DNA of 64,000 nucleotides from Rotaria socialis (Eukaryota): the NCBI GenBank assembly GCA_905331295.1, contig CAJNYD010000033.1:1-64000 (forward strand), given 5' to 3'. The first letter of the stretch is position 1, and every line of letters starts with the position of its first letter. Shown here in pieces: positions 55,337 through 64,000 of the stretch. Under the pieces are notes generated by a model that did no database searches, had not been told where the DNA came from, and worked only from the letters and a program-made list of their open reading frames with translations. A program made the translations under genes and the position numbers.

Positions 55337-58300
55337 TCAATATTTTTTATTCAGTAGACCAAGTTTTTTAATTTGAGCGTATTGTGAAGGTATTTCCATT
55401 AGAGCACGGAGAGCAAATGCCGAATCCGTATTTGTTGATGCTTCAAAAACACTGTGATAATCAACAAATTGAAAATTATCAAATTGTCGTGTTGGTAATG
55501 AATCATCAAATTCTTCCATCATATCCCAAGGCCCATCACCAACACCGATCATAACAATTGATAATGGATAATTACTTGCTTCAACAATAGCATCTTTTGT
55601 TTGTCTTTCATTAGTGACTTGGCCATCAGCAACAATGACAAGAATGTGATACTAGAATGATAAGTGTTTAACATGCAGCAGGAGAAAATTTCAAGGTGGT
55701 AAAATAGTTCAAAGCATTAAAAAAGAAAAGCTGAGTTCATTTCGTTTAGAATAACTCTAGTTGAACTTTCTTAAACAGATGATCTCATTTGTGTTTGGCT
55801 TAGTGGAATGACTCATTAGCAATTTTCGACCTTGCTTATCGTTTGCATCGACTATCAACTATCGTCATTAATTTTGATTAGAAAAATATGGTAAAAATGA
55901 AATATTATCTTGTAGAAAAAAACGGTAACATACTTCTCCAGTTTTCTTCACAATTCGAACAGCTTCTCTGATTAGTGGTGCAAAATTTGTCGGTCCAGAC
56001 ATGCGCACTTTCGGTGTGATCTCATTATAAGCTTCGAGAACGCCACGAAAACCTTTACAATATGAGCCATCTGGCTGTAAAGAGCAAAATAAAAACATGT
56101 GACTAATATGTTTTTAGATTAGCAGAATAAACATACACGTAATGGAAAAATTTTTCGATCAAGTGTTGACCGATCACCAAAACCAAAGACCGGTATTAAT
56201 TTGTCTGAATCATATTTTTCTAATGTTCTGCCAACAATAGTTATAACCTAAATTGAAAATGTCGTCAAGATAAATTTTTTCTTCCTCTTTCGAAATTCAA
56301 CTGAAATCTTCTTACACTTTGATATGGATTGACTAAGTCATCTTGTATATGATGCAAAGATAAACCATTAAATGAATTTTTTCCCGTTTCTAAATTACTT
56401 ATGGTATAATCGATACCAAATATAAGTTGTGAATGAGTGAGACCAACTTCTTCAACAGCTTTATTAATTTCATCTAGTGATGTAAACTCATCTTTAATAA
56501 CATGATCATGCGTTGTAGAAACTTTTCCTAAAAGCGTTATTTTTACATATATATTTCTATAGTTTAATTATTAAAAGTAGAACTTACGAACAATCACCGG
56601 TGGACATGGTATATTTTCTATTAGTGAACTTTCAGCAGTTGAATTTTTTGGATCTATCTCAAATCGTGAACGACGACGTGAACTTGATGTTACGGGCTGT
56701 TCTGCGCTGGGCGGAAGGTTTAGTGCTTTGGATTGCTCTAGCTTAGATGGTGGATTTGGTGTTATAGACTGTTCTTTAGATTTCGATTTTGGCGCTGCAG
56801 CTTGTTCTACTTTAGATGGAATACTGGGTGTTATCGGCTGTTCTTTCGAAGGTGGTTTCGGCGTTGCAAATTGCTCTACTTTAGGTGAGACAGTTGATGC
56901 TGTGGATTGTTTTTCTTTAGGGGTTGGATTTGATGCTGTGGGTTGTTCTACCTTAAACGGTGGTTTCGGCGTTGTAGGTTGTTCTACTTTAGATGGGACA
57001 ATTGGTGTTGTAGGCTGCTCTACTTTAGAAGGTAGATTTGACGTTGCAGATTGTTCCTTCGAAGGTGGTTTCGATGTTGTAGGTTTTTCTACCTTAGGAG
57101 GTAGATTTGACGTTGCAGATTGTTCCTTCGAGGGCGATTTCGATTTTGTAGGTTGTTCATTTGGCGTTGCAGATTGTTCCTTTGAAGGCGATTTCGATGT
57201 TGTAGTCTGTTCTACCTTAGGTGGTAGATTTGACGTTGCAGATTGTTCCTTCGGAGGTGGTTTCGATGTTGTAGGTTGTTCTACCTTAGGAGGTAGATTT
57301 GACGTTATAGACTGTTTTTCGTTAGATGTTTGATTTGATGTTGTAGACTGTTCCTTAGATGGTGTGGATTGTTCTTTCAACGTTGTTTTCGATGGTGTAG
57401 ATTGCTCTTCTGTAGATACCTTTTGAAGCGATTTCTCTATCCTATCGATATGATTTGTTGATAATTTTGGTTGATGTAACGATGATGATGATGAATTCCG
57501 ACTCTCAATGTCGTCTATAATAGAAAATGATCGATATACTCTAAGATCTGTCATATATTGACAAAGTATAAACAAAAAAGAAAAGTAGAAAGTAGCATTC
57601 TTTTCTCCTTTTAACCTGTGACAGTTGGCAATGATGTGACATTTATTGAATTTGATATCGAAGTAGTTTTACTAGAAAAGTCGGATGAATGTAACGTTGA
57701 AGAACTTTCTTCAGTAATATTTGGTAATTTTCGAACACTTGGTAAACAATGTTCCAATGATTCTTGATTAAGAAGATTATTTTCAAGACTTTGTCGGCGT
57801 CGTTGTTCATTAAGCTTATTTTCATTGATTTTAGTACATCGGCGTCGATAGAAAATATATATGATGATGAGAATAAGAAGAAGGAGCAAAGAAACAGATG
57901 CTAAAACTAATTTTGATCCATCTTCTTGAGTGAAATATGACAAAGTTGATGTTGATGGAAGAATAAATTTCTTCTATTATTAGATAGTGCATAATTAATT
58001 ATTCGATGCTTTTTTTTTATAGAAACCAAACAAACCTGTAAATCTGACTTTGAGCGTACACATTGATTTCGGTCGCTTCTCGATGATATTGATGCAAAAG
58101 AAGACCAACGATTCTATAAAAACAGTTTTTACAGATCATTGATATTGATATTTAGATAAGCAATGTTATTTGAGATATCTATAGATTTATGGCTTGTTAG
58201 TTTCTTTCATTCAGTTCGCATTTCTTAACAATAAATATTTAAGATCTTCTTTTACACGACTCCAGAACTTTTCATTAAACAATCCTTATTAAAAAACTCT

Positions 58301-59586
58301 TCCGCCTATAAAATCACAGAAAACTGCTAATAGATTTTATGTCACTCGATGCTGAGTGTATCTAATAATGTGCTCTATTAATTTTGTTTGGCTTGCTTAT
58401 TTGTTAAGGTAGCATTCGTCTTATCTATTCATAGTGCTCTATAATGATAAGTTAATGATAGTTTCTATAGGCATGCCACCCCCTCTTAATGATGTTGAGT
58501 CAGACAGCATGTTTTCTTTATTTTGTTGTATTTCGTTCTCCAATATCTCACTAAATGTGGCTCGTTTTTCTCCTATGTACGGTAGTATTTTTCAGATGCC
58601 ACAATGACAACGATTACAGTTTCGGTCTTTTTTTTCTCATCAACATATATATGCATACATACATACATACATAACAAAATGTTTGTTTTGTTAGGATAAA
58701 ATCTGATTTCAGCAGAAACACAAAACAGATAAGAGGTTCATATCTTCTAGTTATCGATCAAAAGGAACAGATGAATATGTCACTGTAAACGCTTTTTTGT
58801 TATTCTCATTAATTGTTTTTCTGCTGCTGCTTTTTCTTCATCTATTTATATATACTTAAATCAGAATGTCTGTTCGACTCACTAGTTGACCAAATAATCA
58901 TCAAATCAGCATGTTGCTTATAGGATGAAGATAGATTGACTCTTCGCAATTTGCCAACGACAGAACAGTCTATGCTGATAGTTTACATTGTGTATAACTG
59001 TAGAGAAATCGCCGTTGAAAAGTAGTGACGAAAATAATATATTCGAAAACAATTGCTACATATTCTCATGAGAATAGTACAAACAAATGAATTGCAAATT
59101 AGTATCATCTCAATAAGTATTTAATAATCAATAAAGATGTTCACATATTTATAGTTTCATAATCTATCTTCTAAATCTCAAAGAACGAGTAGAAGAAAAA
59201 TATTATCTAAATCTATGCCATGAGATCAGTATGGGCTTTTTTTACTTTTTACTATAAACAATTTTTATATAATGTATTGAATTTTGAAATACCATAATAA
59301 TGTTAAGTAGTTTTATTACCTTACTCGACTTTTTAGTTTGTTGCTCTTGTTCGCATACTGATTGATCAGAAGGCCATATTGGCCTTATACCATATTTACC
59401 AGAGTGCACATGCTGCAGTCGAGATAAACTGGACGATGACAACAAGCGTTGCTGCTCTTTGATCGACGGCTGTACAATGCGCTGACGAAAATCAATACGT
59501 GATGGAAAGTTATTGGGTACATCCGAAGTAGAATAAAATACCTTCGCCAACGATTTTTCGGACGAATGTTTCAAATATGTTTTCAT
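55337..59586 (-). CDS. Atypical copine: single TM helix, P/S/T/K/E-rich repeat linker and C-terminal copine vWA domain, no C2 domains (multi-exon)
   Basis: vWA motifs [15 protein letters not shown]...[63 protein letters not shown] and [11 protein letters not shown] segment [24 protein letters not shown]. Upstream exons 59586-59320, 58113-58036 and from 57973 splice in phase; the 5' end is less certain. Confidence 0.8.
56700..57420 (-). repeat. Coding tandem repeat (alternating ~11-12 aa units, e.g. [23 protein letters not shown])
   Basis: Repeated GGTAGATTTGACGTTGCAGATTGTTCCTTCGA and GATGTTGTAGGTTGTTCTACCTTAG blocks within the 334-aa ORF. Confidence 0.85.
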
Positions 59587-61894
59587 TGATTGATTTGAAA
59601 TCGACAGTAAACAAAACACAGCGACAAATATGTGTTGATTGCTTTTTTCCTTGTCGCCTATTCCATATCATCTGGTGTCACTTCTCTTTAATTTGTACCT
59701 TGGCTTTATGTATCTTTGTCTATCTCTCTCTCCCTATAATGGTTCTTGTTTGTTAAAGATAGTGATATGATGATAAATCAATTAACAATGGAAATATTGA
59801 GAATAGCCAGTCGCCCGTTAGCACAACCGATTTCAGTCGTCGCCAGCCTTCTTCGCCTTCTTCTTTTCTTGTTGTGTTGTCAGCAAGACATACACTCTCA
59901 CATTTATCATACTATGTATCCTACCCCCAGTGATGTAATTCAAGACGAGGAGGAGAAAAACTGGCAGAGACAAAGAACTAGATAAATTCGCGCATCGTTG
60001 CTAAGTTCTTGCTCTGGTAAATAGTTCGGAGTAAATAGAAGAAGAAAAAAAGGCAAAAAAATACGAAGAAAGCAAGACACATACAAACATAAAATATATT
60101 GAGAAACACAACAAACAATCTATACCGCACGCTAATTCTATTAAGCTATGGATCAGTTCACATAAGCCATCTTCTTCGACATTCTTTTCATTGTCAATGT
60201 ATATGTATTCATTTTATTCAATTGTTAGAAAAGGATAGTAAAAATAACGTCGATATGCTTGAGAACGGCAGACATTGCATCAGGGCATTGATTATCGACC
60301 AGCTGTCTAACATTTTGACTCTATTGTGTGAAAAACGACCTTGGAATAATCATATTTATGTATTTTTCTATATGCAGAGTTTTTACTATTAGTTTGATGG
60401 TCAGGAGTCTTCAAACATTGACATGAGTTGTTAGAAAAAGAAAACAGTTTAAGATTGATCGATTATTTTCTATTTGTTAGTTAACGAGTGGACTGATGTA
60501 TAACAGATAATCGAAAAAAAAATAGTGAAACTTTTCTTGATGTCACCCGTTTGGTTTCTTGTTGTGATAAATAATTAGACCATATCATTGACTGTAAATA
60601 GAATGAATAAATTACTCAGAATTGACATATGTAAAGACAAAATTGAGTCGCATTTAAAGCTTGATAAAACTTTTTCGACAGATTATTTCAGTCTATATTT
60701 GTGAATGTATATCATATTAATCAATTTAACTGGTTATACATGAGAAGTCATAGATGATTTTTCGATGAAAACAAAAAAAAATTCATTGGTCAATAAGATC
60801 ATCTCGCAAAAGTCATTAACGTATAAATAATGACTTTTATCATCAGGCAGTTCAAACAGATTTCCATGAAAAAGATAAGATTCATAGAAAAAGCTAATAA
60901 TAATTGTGTTTAAAAATAGGCAAATGTCACTAGATAGATAAGACTACTGCATTAAACAAAAGATAGAATAGAGCTATTCAAGGACACAACTATTTTTATA
61001 TGTACTATATCAAACAGTTCTCTACGCCTACTAAGTCATATAAACAAATCGTATTTATAAAAGTAGATCGATTTCATTCAATCGTAAAAAATATTAACAC
61101 AGCTATTTTTTATAGTCATTGATATTGATGTAATGATTTTTCATTTTCCCTACATCATCAATAATATACATTGATTTTTTAAGATAAAAAAAGATTTGTT
61201 TTTGAAGTAAAACTCAATATAATACAAGATCAATTTATTCGCTATATATGTACATTTATTCCTTCAATAATCACTAAAGTCTGTTATTTTGATAAACATC
61301 ACATTTTTATTTTTCTACAATCTCAGAAAAACCATTCACGATACATTCGTTTTATTCTATGCATTGTTGTATTTCTCACTGCTACAACTATAATTATTGT
61401 ACAATAACTACACGGTCCATTAAAAGTCTGTAGGTTACTTGTTGGAAAATCATTGCCCTTTTTATCCATACGATGCTACTTGTGGAGAACGACAGCGTTC
61501 AAATGAAATAGTTAGGTTTGCCATTTGAGGTTGTACATTATTTCGATTTGCTCTTTTTGCTTGAGATTTTCAATGATCGGAAATGATTATTGGCATTTTT
61601 ATGTAATCGAATGCAACAGTAAATTAGGTTTTTTTTTAAAATATCAGTTCTATTTTATTTGTTCCTATGGTCATTTTTAGTAATTAGTTGAACTGTTTTT
61701 TGTTATAGAAAAGTAACTTTAACAATATTTTATATTCCAATCAAAAACATCAATAGAGATTAATAGATATTGATTCATTATAATTAACAACACTTTAATT
61801 TCTCTGATTTCGAATGTGCACTAAAATGTTGAGTATTGTTTTTCTGCTTTCGGAACTCGGTATTTTCAATTTCTACAAAAGTAATGTCAAATAC

Positions 61895-62302
61895 CTACGT
61901 ATTTCGGAATCATTCTTAGCACTCATTGAATAAGCAGTCGGTTTGTCGCCATTGAATCGCCTATGTTGGAATTCTATCAATTTAAGTCATTCGACACGAT
62001 CTGTTTCATACAGTATCTGTTCTTTGGTCTTTATCTGTTTAACTCGCCGTGAAAGATATAATCATTGTTCTCTTAAGAAATTTCTTGGTGTGTTTTACGA
62101 TATTGTCTATCTTTCATTCGATTAAGTACGAGATGATTTGACTTTCCAGCAAGTCTCCATGAACATAGTTGAACTGGTCGAACGAAATTTTGTTTCGATG
62201 TAGAACCTTCTACTTCGACGCCAATGATAAGACTGGCATTTGTGTAATTATCTGGCCGTGTATCAATATCAAAATAAACATCACCGAGTACATAGATTGA
62301 AA
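61895..62302 (-). pseudogene. Possible decayed exon(s) of an unidentified gene
   Basis: After a CAG acceptor an open frame ISIYVLGDVYFDIDTRPDNYTNASLIIGVEVEG...QLCSWRLAG runs about 76 codons, followed by stop-interrupted frames. No family recognised. Confidence 0.25.
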
Positions 62303-62963
62303 TCTGTTGGCGAACAAAATTTTATGTGATTGGCGAGGAATCATAGCGAGAGAGAAAAATTATGTTTATTACTTATTGCAGATACATGAAATATATTAAT
62401 GTCAAAAAGTTCTGTGTAGAGTCAATTTGATGAATATATCACTGCTAATAGAACATACAAGTAATCGTTTTTAGACCTTAATTTGCCATTTTATGTTCCG
62501 ATGACTCAATCTATCATTCTAAAAATGAATTTCGCATCATATTCAAAAGAATAGCACAGTTAGGTATGAACAAATAGTTGGATAAGTCGAGATTATTTTG
62601 ATAATTCAAATGTAGTAAACCTATAAAATGTTATGTACCATAAAAATACAGCAAGAGTGTCGAATCTAAAACATTTCAATAAACCAGAACAGGGTTCAAA
62701 GTATTCCGCCCAACACTTCACACATAGATATCCTGAAGCTAGTTTTTATCTACTCCTTGCGTTTCATCGCACTGCTTTCTTCTATCAAGATTAGTTTCCT
62801 GAGCAATGTTAAATTGTAAAGAAATCATCAAAACGATATCGAATTTTTATTTATTGAAGGGTCAAGTCGTGTTTTTCATTTTTGTTAAACATGCAAAAGA
62901 TTAACTATTCTTCAGATAACGAAATATACACTATTGCTGTTGTGTGTCGTTTTAGTACAAACG

Positions 62964-64000
62964 ATGTCTTCAAAAACAATCTACTATTACTTATTCATTC
63001 TATGCCAGTAAGGATACAACCTACTATTTTCTACTGACTGAACGTTGCAAAGTCTTTCTTTAAAGCCTGACAGACTGTTTTTTCTCAAAATGTTTGCATT
63101 TGATTTAGTGCTTTGGTGGTTCAAGTCAACTCTCAATTTTGCAATGGTATGGCTCAATATGATGGATGTTCGATCAATAGTGGTTGTGGATGTTTACAGG
63201 TTGTAGGCGTCATTAATATCGGCAGTTGTAGCTATCTATACTTGGCAGAGTGCTCCGAACTAGTTAAATGCGATCATAATAACCTTTGCTATTCACCTGA
63301 TCATATATGTGTGTATCATCCTCGATATCAAAGTCTTCCTGTTTGTTATCCAGTACCGAATTACAATCAGCAACTCTGTCCACCAATATCAAGTAAGAGA
63401 ATGATCAAGTGACCGAAGGCTGCGAATGTCAGTAGTTTCAAGTTTGACATATATGGCGAATGTAGTTGCGGATCTTCTTTTTTTATATAAATCCATCAAG
63501 CATGAGTCACACAACAACATCCAAAAGAATATATATCCACTACCGATTTTCATTTTTTGTGTAACAAAAATAAGACTTTAAAACGGTTTCAGAAATTTCG
63601 AGTTCACTTAGTTCGATCGTTACTGTGCAAGCTTAGCAACAATATCATTTTATATATTTTTTTATGTTAGACGTAGCACTACGCTACAAAAAAAAAGTTC
63701 CTCCGGTGTACTCGTCGGAAGAACTTTTTTAGGTTTCGTATTCTTGGCTGAACCCTTTTAAGTTCAGTATGGTACTTCTTGTTTTTTTTAGAGTGTACAT
63801 GACCTGTTTACATCATTTTTTTTTATGATAATCAATAGTGACGAACGCCACAGCTACAACAACAGTTTCAACTACAACTACAACCAGAACTCAGCAATTA
63901 GGTAACTTTTGATCAATCCCTCTTGGCTTTATTCATTTATATTATTTTTAATCTGATGTATATATTTACTTTTAATGAGAATTAATTCTGCACAGGTACC
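62964..64000 (+). CDS. Secreted cysteine-rich protein with Thr-rich microexon(s), truncated by the window end
   Basis: MSSKTIYYYLFILCH|ALVVQVNS signal peptide (intron 63008-63108), Cys-rich exon CSINSGCGCL...CSELVKC...ICVYHPRYQSLPVCYP...QLCP, and a Thr-rich microexon at ~63839-63901. Confidence 0.7.
63682..63795. mobile_element. Small TA-flanked MITE in an intron
   Basis: TA|CGCTACAAAAAAA...TTTTTTTAGAGTG|TA. Confidence 0.45.

Noticed and set aside
56728..57333. 201-aa plus-strand ORF with GGFDVVGCS repeats
   Set aside because: Antisense shadow of the coding repeat in the copine gene; no independent start context or splice signals.

Overview
This is AT-rich eukaryotic (animal) genomic DNA with many ~50-60 bp GT-AG introns. 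The gene content and intron style point to a bdelloid rotifer (Rotaria/Adineta-like), which is an inference. In order, the window holds: a PDZ/EF-hand/coiled-coil STXBP4-like gene (-); AMPK catalytic alpha subunit (+) with an antisense tRNA-Gly(GCC) in an intron; a GT11 alpha-1,2-fucosyltransferase (-); a proline-rich protein (+); an AADAC/HSL-like esterase pseudogene (-); a divergent, apparently slicer-dead Argonaute (+); a mucin-like/carbohydrate-binding pseudogene (+); an intact 11-exon plant-type PLS-PPR-E-DYW protein (+); NDUFV2 (+); a transmembrane copine-vWA protein (-); and a truncated secreted Cys-rich gene (+). MITEs (Tc1/mariner, hAT, PIF-like) and Helentron/DINE-like elements are interspersed. 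The most notable item is the PPR-DYW gene. It is a candidate organellar C-to-U RNA-editing factor in an animal, with a presequence-like N-terminus, an intact Zn-deaminase signature, a DHF terminus, and an RNA-binding array built from duplicated 300-nt phase-1 exons. All calls come from manual reading and no database searches were run.
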